Source: Eubacteriales bacterium
GTDB taxonomy: Bacteria; Bacillota; Clostridia; Oscillospirales; CAG-272
Length of the DNA stretch: 64,000 nt
Reading direction: 5' to 3'
Assembly (NCBI GenBank): GCA_045660295.1
Contig: JAZRDN010000043.1
Location: forward strand, 378 to 64,377
This document shows, piece by piece, positions 1 through 9,156 of the stretch. Position numbers and translations under genes: made by a program. Below the pieces are notes generated by a model. It was not told where the DNA came from. It saw only the letters and a program-made list of their open reading frames with translations, and searched no databases. How positions within the stretch are numbered: position 1 is the first letter of the stretch; every line of letters begins with the position of its first letter.

Positions 1-1
1 T

Positions 2-340
2 CTTGGACTCGGCGGCAAGAGCGACGAGGAGAAGCTTGAGAATCTTATCAAGGCTATTAACGAGCTCAAGGAAAAGGTTGGTATCAAGGCTACCATCAAG
101 GACTACGGCGTTGACGAGAACGACTTCCTTAACCGTCTTGACGACATGGTAGAGCAGGCGTTCGACGACCAGTGCACCGGTGCTAACCCCCGTTATCCTC
201 TTATGAGCGAGCTTAAGCAAATGTATCTCAACGCATACTACGGCAATCACTTCGTTGAGCCCGAGATGCCTGCAACAAATCTCGACGTTGCAACACCCGA
301 CAGTGTAAAAGTTCCCTATCGCAAGGGTAAAAAGGCGTAA
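2..340 (+). CDS. adhE: C-terminal end of bifunctional acetaldehyde-CoA/alcohol dehydrogenase (5' part outside window)
   Basis: Open frame from the window edge LGLGGKSDEEKLENLI...AFDDQCTGANPRYPL, the typical AdhE C-terminus; ends TAA at 340. Confidence 0.9.
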   Translation, partial: LGLGGKSDEEKLENLIKAINELKEKVGIKATIKDYGVDENDFLNRLDDMVEQAFDDQCTGANPRYPLMSELKQMYLNAYYGNHFVEPEMPATNLDVATPDSVKVPYRKGKKA

Positions 341-359
341 ATTTTAGGAGGATATTATT

Positions 360-1109
360 ATGAATCTTGATAGAGTAATTGCAGTAAGAAATAACAAGAC
401 CATCTACCGTGACGGTGACAGATGTATTAAGGTATTTAACGCAGAATATTCCAAGGCAGACGTCCTCAACGAGGCGTTGAATCAGGCAAGAATCGAGGAA
501 ACCGGACTTAACATTCCTAAGGTTCTTGAGGTAACTATGATAGACGGCAAATGGGCAATCGTTTCCGAGTTTATCAAGGGTAAGACGCTTGCACAGCTTA
601 TCGAAGAGGATTCCGAGAAGAAGGAAGAATATATCAACCTTCTCGTTGACCTCCAGATGAGCGTACACTCAAAGACCTGCCCGCTTCTCAACAAGCTTAA
701 GGATAAGATGAGCCGCAAGATTGCCGAGACCGAGCTTGACGCCACCACGCGTTACGATCTTCACACCCGTCTTGAGGGTATGCCCAAGCACAATAAGGTA
801 TGCCACGGAGATTTCAACCCCTCCAACATTGTTATCACAGAGGACGGCACGCCCTATATTCTCGACTGGTCTCACGCAACTCAGGGCAACGCTTCGGCAG
901 ACGTTGCGCGCACTTATCTTCTGTTCTGGCTTAACGGAGATATCGCCGGTGCAGAGCTTTATCTCGAAACCTTCTGCAAGAAGAGTGATACCGCAAAGCA
1001 GTATGTTCAAAAGTGGATGCCTATCGTAGCCGCTTCTCAGTCGGTTAAGGGAAATGAGAAGGAGCGCGAGTTCCTTATGACCTGGGTGGGCGTTGTAGAT
1101 TATCAGTAA
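360..1109 (+). CDS. Aminoglycoside phosphotransferase (APH)/kinase-fold protein
   Basis: RBS GGAGG; CHGDFNPSN catalytic loop and ILDW metal-binding motif. Confidence 0.85.
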   Translation: MNLDRVIAVRNNKTIYRDGDRCIKVFNAEYSKADVLNEALNQARIEETGLNIPKVLEVTMIDGKWAIVSEFIKGKTLAQLIEEDSEKKEEYINLLVDLQMSVHSKTCPLLNKLKDKMSRKIAETELDATTRYDLHTRLEGMPKHNKVCHGDFNPSNIVITEDGTPYILDWSHATQGNASADVARTYLLFWLNGDIAGAELYLETFCKKSDTAKQYVQKWMPIVAASQSVKGNEKEREFLMTWVGVVDYQ

Positions 1110-1127
1110 TCGAAGATTGAGTTCCAC

Positions 1128-1158
1128 GATTGATGCGAGGAGATTCCTCGCATCAATC
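1128..1158. other. Perfect 14-bp intergenic hairpin without U-tract
   Basis: GATTGATGCGAGGA-GAT-TCCTCGCATCAATC. Confidence 0.6.
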
Positions 1159-1193
1159 AAGAAATTTTAATGAATATTGTGAGGTAAAATATT

Positions 1194-1436
1194 ATGCTTA
1201 AAATTACAGTTTGTATCGGAAGCTCCTGCCACATCAAGGGTTCTCGTCAGGTAGTAGAGCAGCTTCAGTATTTGATTGCCGAGTCGGGTCTTGGTGATAA
1301 GGTAGAGCTTGGCGGTACCTTCTGCATGGGCAAGTGCCAGCAGGGCGTATGCGTAACGGTAAATGACTCCTTCCATTCGGTTACTCCCGAAAACGTAGGA
1401 GAGTTCTTCGCTCGCGAAGTTTTGGCAAAGGTATAA
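1194..1436 (+). CDS. Thioredoxin-like [2Fe-2S] ferredoxin (HfsA/NuoE-like), copy 1
   Basis: CIGSSCHIKG...FCMGKC cysteine pattern. Confidence 0.85.
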   Translation: MLKITVCIGSSCHIKGSRQVVEQLQYLIAESGLGDKVELGGTFCMGKCQQGVCVTVNDSFHSVTPENVGEFFAREVLAKV

Positions 1437-1440
1437 GATT

Positions 1441-1704
1441 ATGTTGTTCGTTCAGGTTTGTGTTGGCTCGTCTTGCCACCTCAAGGGCTCTCAGGATATC
1501 GTGGAGCTTTTTGAGCGCGCCGTGGAGGAACATCATATTGACGATGAGGTGGTGCTTTCCGGTAGCTTTTGCATCGGAAAGTGCAATCGCGTCGGAGTTA
1601 CCGTTCAGGTGAATGATGATATTCACGTCGGTGTTACAAGAGAGAATTTCAGAGAATTCTTTAAGGAAAATATACTCGACGTAATTGAAAACGAAAGGAA
1701 GTGA
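1441..1704 (+). CDS. Thioredoxin-like [2Fe-2S] ferredoxin (HfsA/NuoE-like), copy 2
   Basis: CVGSSCHLKG...FCIGKC; paralog of the preceding ORF. Confidence 0.85.
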   Translation: MLFVQVCVGSSCHLKGSQDIVELFERAVEEHHIDDEVVLSGSFCIGKCNRVGVTVQVNDDIHVGVTRENFREFFKENILDVIENERK

Positions 1705-1709
1705 CGGAT

Positions 1710-3389
1710 ATGGCAAATTGCTTGACACTTAAAAAATCAAACTGCAAAAACTGCTATAAATGTATCCGTCACTGTCCCGTAAAGGCAATTCGCTTTTCCG
1801 GAAATCAAGCACATATTATTGGCAATGAGTGCATTTTGTGCGGTCATTGTTTTGTTGTTTGTCCTCAAAATGCCAAGGAGATCGTTGACGGCACCGAAAA
1901 GGCGAGAGTTTTGCTTCAAAGCGGAGATCCCGTCGTTGTCAGCCTTGCGCCTTCGTTTATTGCTAACTACGACGGCGTTGGAATAGAGTCAATGCGCCGA
2001 GCGCTTAAAAAGCTTGGTTTTGCAGAGGTTGAGGAAACGGCTGTTGGTGCAACAATCGTTAAGAACGAATACGAGCGTATGCACCGCGAGGAAGAAAGAG
2101 ATATTATTATCACCTCATGCTGCCATTCGGTCAATCTGCTTATTCAAAAATGTTTCCCCTCGTCGCTTGAATATCTTGCGGACGTGATGTCGCCGATGCA
2201 GGCGCATTGCGCTGATATCAAGAGAAGGATACCGGGCGCCAAGACCGTATTTATCGGCCCTTGTGTTGCAAAGAAGGATGAGGCTGAATACTATGAGGGC
2301 ATCGTCGACGCCGTCCTTACATTTGAGGAGCTTACCAATTGGCTGAAATCAGAGAAAATTGAGCTTGAAAGGGAAGTAGATAACACTCCCGAGAGCCGCG
2401 CCCGCTTCTTCCCGACAACGGGCGGTGTACTTAAGACAATGGCGCAAAACGCGCCCGGCTATACGTATCTCGCGCTTGACGGCGTTGAGAACTGTATCGC
2501 TGCGCTGAAGGATATCGAAAGCGGAAAGATTCATAAATGCTTTATTGAAATGTCTGCTTGTGTTGGAAGCTGTATCGGCGGACCCGTTATGGAAAAGTAT
2601 CACAGTACCTCTCCTATCAAGGACTTTATTACAATCGCCGATTATGCCGGTGAGCGCGATTTCGACGTGGCACAACCTGCTCCCGTATCACTTAAAAAGC
2701 ACTTTACGATGATTGAGCGCAAGCTCGCAGTGCCTTCTGAAAATGAAATTATGACGGTTCTTCGTCAGATGGGTAAATTCAAGCCCTCCGACGAGCTGAA
2801 CTGCGGCTCCTGCGGATACAACTCCTGCCGCGACAAAGCGATTGCCATTATTCAGGGCAAGGCTGAAAGCTCTATGTGTCTCCCGTTCCTCAAGGATAAG
2901 GCAGAGAGCTTCTCGGATACCATCGTAAAGAACACGCCTAACGGTCTTATCGTTCTGAATGAAAATCTCGAGGTACAGCAGATCAACAATGCGGCTCGTA
3001 AGATTATGAATATCCGCGCGGCTTCCGACGTGCTTGGTGAGCCTGTTGTTCGTATACTCGATCCCACCATATTCGTTCAGGTCAGAAACAACGGCAGAAC
3101 TGTACGTGATCAGCGCACTTATCTCGCCGAGTACAAGAAATACGTTGAACAGACCGTTGTTTACGATCCCGATTCCCGTATGCTGATCGGCATTATGCGT
3201 GATATTACCGACGAAGAAGCAGACAGAGAAAAGAAAGCAAGGATCAATAAGCAGACTGTAGAGGTTGCTGATACCGTCGTTGAGAAACAGATGAGGATCG
3301 TTCAGGAGATCGCATCTCTGCTCGGTGAAACCGCAGCCGAGACAAAAATCGCCTTGACTAAGTTAAAGGAGTCTATCGGCGATGAATGA
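1710..3389 (+). CDS. Putative sensory [FeFe] hydrogenase with C-terminal FeS and PAS domains (HydS/HfsB type)
   Basis: Two N-terminal CxxCxxCxxxCP motifs; divergent H-cluster motifs TSCCHSV, GPCVAKKDE, EMSACVGSCIGGP; NCGSCGY..C FeS domain; PAS (NTPNGLIVLNENLEVQQIN); tail VVEKQMRIVQEIASLLGE. Confidence 0.88.
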   Translation: MANCLTLKKSNCKNCYKCIRHCPVKAIRFSGNQAHIIGNECILCGHCFVVCPQNAKEIVDGTEKARVLLQSGDPVVVSLAPSFIANYDGVGIESMRRALKKLGFAEVEETAVGATIVKNEYERMHREEERDIIITSCCHSVNLLIQKCFPSSLEYLADVMSPMQAHCADIKRRIPGAKTVFIGPCVAKKDEAEYYEGIVDAVLTFEELTNWLKSEKIELEREVDNTPESRARFFPTTGGVLKTMAQNAPGYTYLALDGVENCIAALKDIESGKIHKCFIEMSACVGSCIGGPVMEKYHSTSPIKDFITIADYAGERDFDVAQPAPVSLKKHFTMIERKLAVPSENEIMTVLRQMGKFKPSDELNCGSCGYNSCRDKAIAIIQGKAESSMCLPFLKDKAESFSDTIVKNTPNGLIVLNENLEVQQINNAARKIMNIRAASDVLGEPVVRILDPTIFVQVRNNGRTVRDQRTYLAEYKKYVEQTVVYDPDSRMLIGIMRDITDEEADREKKARINKQTVEVADTVVEKQMRIVQEIASLLGETAAETKIALTKLKESIGDE

Positions 3390-4554
3390 TTTGTGTGCAG
3401 ATATCGGATATAAAAGCATCAATCACGTTGGCGAGGAGCTTTGCGGCGACCACGTGGACGTGGTCGAGGAAAACGAAAATTCCACCGTTATCGTGCTTGC
3501 AGACGGTCTTGGCTCGGGTGTTAAGGCAAGCATCCTTTCCACGCTCACGTCCAAAATTATATCCACGATGATGGCGGCAGGGCTTCCCGTTGAGGAATGC
3601 GTGTCCACCATCGCGGGGGCGCTCCCCGTGTGCTCGGTGCGCGGCGTTGCATATTCCACGTTTACGATTATTCATCTTTTGGATAACGAAATAGCCGAGA
3701 TCATTCAGTACGATAATCCCCACGTGATCGTTATCAGAAATTACGAGCAGTACGATTATCCTAAAACTGAAATGAACATCGGCGGCAAAAAAATATATAA
3801 GTCCACCATTAAACTGCAAGAGAACGACGTGTTTATTGCTATGAGCGACGGATGTCCTCACGCCGGTATGGGTGGCAAATACAACTTTGGTTGGAAGCGC
3901 GATGACATTGCGAGTTATATGCAGGCGCTCGTGGCGGGTGGCTATACGGCGAAAAACCTTTCCACGATGCTTGTTGACGAATGCGAAAAGCTTTACGATC
4001 ATAAGCCCGGCGATGATCCAACCGCTTGCGTCGTAAAGGTTCGCAAGAGAGAGCCTATGAATATTCTGTTTGGCCCACCTTCAAACCGCGATGACGCCAA
4101 CCGTATGATGTCTCTCTTCTTCTCAAAGGAAGGGAAGCATATCATTTGCGGCGGTACGACCTCGTCGATTGCGGCGAAATATCTCGGCAAGCCCGTTCAG
4201 GCGAGCCTTAATTTTGAGCGCAGCGACGTGCCCCCGATTGCGCATATCGAGGGCGTTGACCTGGTGACCGAGGGCGTTATTACAATGAACAGGGTCATAG
4301 AATACGCAAAGGATTATCTCGGAGAGAACGAGCTCTACGAGGATTGGAATTTCAAGAAAGACGGTGCGTCGCTTATCAGCCGACTTTTGTTTGAAGAAGC
4401 AACGGATATCAACTTCTACGTGGGCAGAGCGGTAAACCCCGCCCATCAGAACCCCGATCTTCCGATAAACTTCAATATCAAGATGAATCTTGTTAGCGAG
4501 CTTTCAACTTGTCTCAAAAAGATGGGCAAACGCATCAAGGTCAGCTATTTCTAA
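3382..4554 (+). CDS. SpoIIE/PP2C-family Ser/Thr phosphatase (HfsC type)
   Basis: CGD, LADGLGSG, MSDG and GDD PP2C motifs; overlaps the upstream stop. Confidence 0.88.
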   Translation: MNDLCADIGYKSINHVGEELCGDHVDVVEENENSTVIVLADGLGSGVKASILSTLTSKIISTMMAAGLPVEECVSTIAGALPVCSVRGVAYSTFTIIHLLDNEIAEIIQYDNPHVIVIRNYEQYDYPKTEMNIGGKKIYKSTIKLQENDVFIAMSDGCPHAGMGGKYNFGWKRDDIASYMQALVAGGYTAKNLSTMLVDECEKLYDHKPGDDPTACVVKVRKREPMNILFGPPSNRDDANRMMSLFFSKEGKHIICGGTTSSIAAKYLGKPVQASLNFERSDVPPIAHIEGVDLVTEGVITMNRVIEYAKDYLGENELYEDWNFKKDGASLISRLLFEEATDINFYVGRAVNPAHQNPDLPINFNIKMNLVSELSTCLKKMGKRIKVSYF

Positions 4555-4565
4555 GGAGGTGTAAA

Positions 4566-5996
4566 ATGCGTAAATTTGATACAAAGGTACAGCATTTGAA
4601 ATATAAGGTTCTGCGCGAGGTTGCTCGTCTTGCGTGGGAGGATAAGCTTCTTGAGAATATTATGGATATTCCCAAAAAGCTCGTTCCCGGAAATGAGCCG
4701 ACGATGCGTTGTTGCGTCTATAAAGAAAGAGCCATACTCGGAGAGCGAGTTAAGGTTGCTATGGGTGGCGACAAGAACAATCCCAACGTGATAGAGGTAA
4801 TCGAGATTGCTTGCGATGAGTGTCCCGTTGGAGGCTTTGAGGTTACAAACGCTTGCCGCGGATGCCTTGCGCACCGTTGTGAGGACGTTTGCAAGTTCGG
4901 TGCAATCTCCTTCGACCAGAATCACGTAGCACATATTGATAAATCCAAGTGCAAGGAGTGCGGTGCGTGCGCAAAAGTTTGCCCCTATACGGCAATTGTC
5001 AGCCGTAAGCGCCCATGCCAGAACGCCTGCAAGGTTAAGGCAATCTCTATGAATGAGCAGAAGGCGGCTAAAATTAACAACTCCAAGTGCATACAGTGCG
5101 GAGCTTGTGTATATCAATGTCCCTTCGGCGCGATTATGGATAAATCCTATATGGTCAACGCCATTGATATTCTCAAAAAGAGCGAACGCAATACGCGCGG
5201 CGGTAACTATAAGGTTTACGCTGTCGTTGCACCCTCTATTTCGAGCCAGTTCTCATACGCTAAGCTGGGTCAGGTAATCACGGGTCTTAAAAAGCTTGGA
5301 TTCCACGACGTTATCGAGGCGGCTCTTGGCGCGGATATGGTTGCTATGGCAGAAGCAAGAGAGCTTTCCGAAAAAGGACTTCTTACAAGCTCCTGCTGCC
5401 CCGCATTCGTTCAGTATATAAAATCAACCTTCCCCAATCTTGTGGAGTATATTTCGCATAATATGTCGCCTATGGCGGTGCTTGCGAAATATATCAAGGA
5501 AACAACGCCAAACGCCAAGGTTATCTTCATAGGTCCCTGTACGGCAAAGAAAGCCGAAGCACAGCTTGAGACGGTCAAGCCCTACGTTGATACCGTGCTG
5601 ACCTTTGAGGAGCTTCAGGCACTCTTTGACAGCCGTGACCTCGACCTTGCGTCGCTTGAAGAAGGCGTTCTTGATAACGCTTCCTATTTCGGCAGAATCT
5701 TTGCAAGAAGCGGCGGTCTTACCGATGCGGCAGCTCAGGCGATGAAGGAGCAGAATATCGATTTTGAGATCAAGCCCGTAGTTTGTGACGGTATTGAGGC
5801 GTGCCGTATGGCGCTTCTCAAGCTGAGCAAAGGCGCGCTTGACGGCAACTTTATCGAAGGTATGGCTTGTGTCGGCGGCTGTAACGGCGGCGCAGGATGC
5901 CTCACCCATGGCGAAAAGAATAAAGCCGAGGTCGATAAATACGGCCGTGAAGCGCTTGAAAAGACTATCGGAGACGCTGTTTCGCTTTTGAAATAG
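4566..5996 (+). CDS. Ferredoxin-type [FeFe] hydrogenase (HfsD/HydA2 type)
   Basis: Multiple 4Fe-4S motifs; H-cluster motifs SSCCPAF, GPCTAKKAE, EGMACVGGCNGGAG; RBS AAGGAGGT. Confidence 0.9.
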   Translation: MRKFDTKVQHLKYKVLREVARLAWEDKLLENIMDIPKKLVPGNEPTMRCCVYKERAILGERVKVAMGGDKNNPNVIEVIEIACDECPVGGFEVTNACRGCLAHRCEDVCKFGAISFDQNHVAHIDKSKCKECGACAKVCPYTAIVSRKRPCQNACKVKAISMNEQKAAKINNSKCIQCGACVYQCPFGAIMDKSYMVNAIDILKKSERNTRGGNYKVYAVVAPSISSQFSYAKLGQVITGLKKLGFHDVIEAALGADMVAMAEARELSEKGLLTSSCCPAFVQYIKSTFPNLVEYISHNMSPMAVLAKYIKETTPNAKVIFIGPCTAKKAEAQLETVKPYVDTVLTFEELQALFDSRDLDLASLEEGVLDNASYFGRIFARSGGLTDAAAQAMKEQNIDFEIKPVVCDGIEACRMALLKLSKGALDGNFIEGMACVGGCNGGAGCLTHGEKNKAEVDKYGREALEKTIGDAVSLLK

Positions 5997-6236
5997 GAGA
6001 TTCTATATCGGCGGGTTACGGATCATCGAACAGTCCGCGGCGTAGGTGTAGCTTTGGTATTCTCATCGTCGGTGATAAATTCAATCTTTATTGACGTCCA
6101 CTTGTCGCTGATATCTTCTGCTATTACCGTTGAGGAAATCATCAGATTTCTTGCTCCGTCGGCATACAGAAGAGCTTCGCCGGAGTTTGAGTTCATCTGA
6201 TGTGTTAAGGTGTAAGTTTTTAGAGCATTGAAAAGT

Positions 6237-6266
6237 AGGAGCTGAGTTTTTAACTCAGCTCCTTTT
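6237..6266. terminator. Intrinsic terminator between convergent hydrogenase cluster and HAD gene
   Basis: AGGAGCTGAGTT-TTT-AACTCAGCTCCT-TTT. Confidence 0.75.
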
Positions 6267-6267
6267 G

Positions 6268-7086
6268 TCACAGTATGTTTTCCAAAATATATTTTATAAT
6301 ATGCTCCTTGTTACTGCATATTACCTTTGCCGCCTTTTCCTTAAGAACATCGGCGGCGTTGGAAACGGCGAGCGGAAGTCCCGCCGCCTCAAGAAGCGCT
6401 ATGTCGTTGCGGCTATCGCCTACTCCGATTATCTCGTCCTTGGATATTCCCAGCTTTTTTGCCAGTCGGCGCACACCGTCGCCCTTGGATGCGCCGACGG
6501 CTATTATCTCTATGTTGAAGTCGGCTGACGACGTGACGACCAGACCGCCCAACGCGTTCAGCCTTTTTACGCACTCGTCAAGCTCGGCTTGCTTTCTGAA
6601 AAACACAGATATCATCTCGGCTTCAATGCCGCTTTTGCAAAACGCGTCCAGATCTTCACATTTGTGACACCATTTGTGATAGTGTTCGTAGTAGTATATG
6701 TTAAGGTTATAGTATGACGCTCGCTCCCACGTGTCCTTTTCCTTGTCTATATATCCAAAATTTCTGTGGTGGAGAGTGTGGTGCACCTCGTATTCGGACG
6801 TGATATCAATTATTTTCGATACAAGCTCAGGTGATATGCAGACCTCGTCACGCTCGCCCGTGGTAAGGTCGGTTATGACAGCACCGTTTGAGGAGATACA
6901 GTATTTGATATTATCGCACTCCCTTAACTCGGGAAGTATCTCGTGAAAACAGCGCCCCGAGGTAGGAACGACCAGCCCGCCGGTGCTTGCGTATTCGGCT
7001 ATGGCGCGGAAATTTTCCTCGCTTACGGTGAATACGTCATATAAAAGCGTTCCGTCAAGGTCGCTGGCAATCATTTTATAGCTCAA
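6268..7086 (-). CDS. Cof-type HAD-IIB hydrolase
   Basis: DLDGTLL, SGR, SNGA, SKG and GDSRND motifs. Confidence 0.9.
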   Translation of the reverse strand: MSYKMIASDLDGTLLYDVFTVSEENFRAIAEYASTGGLVVPTSGRCFHEILPELRECDNIKYCISSNGAVITDLTTGERDEVCISPELVSKIIDITSEYEVHHTLHHRNFGYIDKEKDTWERASYYNLNIYYYEHYHKWCHKCEDLDAFCKSGIEAEMISVFFRKQAELDECVKRLNALGGLVVTSSADFNIEIIAVGASKGDGVRRLAKKLGISKDEIIGVGDSRNDIALLEAAGLPLAVSNAADVLKEKAAKVICSNKEHIIKYILENIL

Positions 7087-7242
7087 TTTGAATTCCGCCT
7101 TTCATTTTCTAACGATAAGTATATCATAATCAAGAAAAATTTTCAATACGTGCAAAAAATTTTGTCAAAATTTCACATTTTACTTGTAAATTGTAAAAAA
7201 ATGTGGTACAATAATAGACAATTATTGAAAAAGGAGACAACT

Positions 7243-8607
7243 ATGCAAAGAGAAAAATTAGGCTCACGTCTTGGTTTTATTCTGCTTAGCGCGGGATGTG
7301 CCATTGGAGTGGGCAACGTTTACAGATTCCCCTACATGGTAGGACAGAACGGCGGTGGAATTTTCGTTCTTATTTACCTGTTCTTCCTCATAGCCCTCGG
7401 CATTCCGGTTATGACTATGGAGTTCGCCACGGGACGCGCGGCACAGAAAAGCCCCGTGCTTCTTCACCGCGAGCTTGAGCCAAAGGGAACAAAATGGCAT
7501 CTTCACGGCTACGCCGCACTTGCGGGTAACGTGCTTCTGATGATGTTCTATACCACTATTTCGGGTCAGATGCTCTGCTATTTCTGGAACTCTGTCATTG
7601 GCGGATTTGACGGAATGAACGCCGAGCAAATAGCCGCAAACCATCAGGCTATGCTCGCTGATCCTGTGACACAGCTTGTGTTTATGGGCATTATCGTAGT
7701 AGCGGGCTTCCTTATCTGCTCCTTCAGCCTTCAGGGCGGTCTCGAGCGTTTTTCAAAGATAATGATGGCGGCGTTGCTTGTTATTATGATAGTTATGGTC
7801 GTAAACAGCTTTTTCATGGACGGCGCGTCAGAGGGACTTGGGTTCTACCTTATTCCCAGCTTTGAGCGTATGAAAGAGGCGGGCGCGGTGCGCGTTGTTT
7901 CAGACGCAATGAATCAGGCTTTCTTCACGCTTAGCACGGGTATAGGCTCTATGGCTATTTTCGGAAGCTATATCAACAAGGACAGAGCGCTTCTTGGCGA
8001 GTCTGTAAATATCGCTGTGCTTGATACCTGCGTTGCGTTCATGGCAGGACTTATAATATTCCCCGCGTGCTTTACCTACAACGTTCAGCCCGGAAGCGGA
8101 ATGAATCTTATATTCCTCACGCTTCCCAACGTGTTCAATCAGATGCCCTTGGGCAGACTTTGGGGCAGTTTGTTCTTCCTGCTTATGACCTTTGCGGCGT
8201 TCTCAACTATCATCGCCGTGTTCGAAAATATCGTGGCTTGTATCCGCGACCTTACGGGTTGGTCACGTAAAAAGACATCTATTATCGGCTGTGTGGCAAT
8301 ATTTATTCTCTCTGTTCCCGCGGCGCTCAGCAGCAATCTTCTTTCGGGTCTTGCTATCGACGGTAAGGATATCATGTGGGCAGAGGACTTTATTGTAAGT
8401 AACGTGTTGCTTCCTCTCGGCTCGCTTGCGTTTATTCTTTTCTGTACAACGCGCTACGGCTGGGGCTGGAATAATTTCGTCGCCGAGGCAAATACGGGTA
8501 AGGGTATAAAGGTGCAGAAATGGATGAGAATATATATGACATTCGTTTCCCCCATTCTCGCGCTTGGCGTGTTTGCGATAAACATTTACAGCATATTCTT
8601 TGCGTGA
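7243..8607 (+). CDS. Sodium-dependent transporter (NSS/SNF family)
   Basis: SRLGFILLSAGCAIGVGNVYRFPY and QAFFTLS motifs; many TM segments; RBS AAGGAG. Confidence 0.92.
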   Translation: MQREKLGSRLGFILLSAGCAIGVGNVYRFPYMVGQNGGGIFVLIYLFFLIALGIPVMTMEFATGRAAQKSPVLLHRELEPKGTKWHLHGYAALAGNVLLMMFYTTISGQMLCYFWNSVIGGFDGMNAEQIAANHQAMLADPVTQLVFMGIIVVAGFLICSFSLQGGLERFSKIMMAALLVIMIVMVVNSFFMDGASEGLGFYLIPSFERMKEAGAVRVVSDAMNQAFFTLSTGIGSMAIFGSYINKDRALLGESVNIAVLDTCVAFMAGLIIFPACFTYNVQPGSGMNLIFLTLPNVFNQMPLGRLWGSLFFLLMTFAAFSTIIAVFENIVACIRDLTGWSRKKTSIIGCVAIFILSVPAALSSNLLSGLAIDGKDIMWAEDFIVSNVLLPLGSLAFILFCTTRYGWGWNNFVAEANTGKGIKVQKWMRIYMTFVSPILALGVFAINIYSIFFA

Positions 8608-8617
8608 TTGAAAATTT

Positions 8618-8649
8618 AAGGAGCTGTTCCGTCGGAACAGCTCCTTTTT
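8618..8649 (+). terminator. Intrinsic terminator
   Basis: AAGGAGCTGTTCC-GTC-GGAACAGCTCCTT-TTT. Confidence 0.8.
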
Positions 8650-8653
8650 AACC

Positions 8654-9050
8654 GTGTTAGCTAAATTAATGTTTCTCTTTTTGTCCTTTCTTTGCTCGTG
8701 CAAAGAAAGAACGAAAGAAAGCACGCCAAGAGGGCGATTGCGACGCGCCCTCTTGGAACTCCTCCACGCCCTCGCAGGGGCGCAGCCTCACGGCGGTATG
8801 CGAGCAAACACCAATTAAAATGATACGAACAACGCTATTGCAAGTGCTTAGACTTGATGTTTAGCTGTCTTTTATAAAATTGGTATAGCTAAAAGCAGGG
8901 GCGTGAGCCTGCGTGGCGCAGAGGGGAGTCAAGAGGGGGCGCTAAAGCGCAACGCCCCCTCTTGTGCGTTTCTTTGGTTCATTTCTTGTCGCATGACAAG
9001 AAATGAACAAGCCCCGCCGGCGAGGCGGTAAACAATAATTAACTGCACAC
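8654..9050. repeat. Non-coding, symmetrical multi-hairpin element (MITE/REPIN-like or structured ncRNA)
   Basis: Imperfect ~21-bp terminal inverted repeats; each arm has hairpin-AAAGAAA-hairpin-ACTCC in inverted orientation; no convincing ORF. Confidence 0.55.
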
Positions 9051-9055
9051 AACAC

Positions 9056-9094
9056 AAAAAAGGGGTGTACTCTTAATGAGACAGCCCCTTTTTT
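9056..9094. terminator. Bidirectional terminator-like hairpin
   Basis: AAAAAAGGGGTGT...ACAGCCCCTTTTTT. Confidence 0.65.
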
Positions 9095-9156
9095 ATTGGA
9101 TTTTGATGTGCGAAAGTGAAAAATAAATTTACTTTTGTCGCTTATTAATTTATTTA

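Noticed and set aside
360-1109. Antibiotic-resistance call for the APH-fold gene
   Set aside because: Embedded in a fermentation cluster with host-like codon use; the fold alone does not imply resistance
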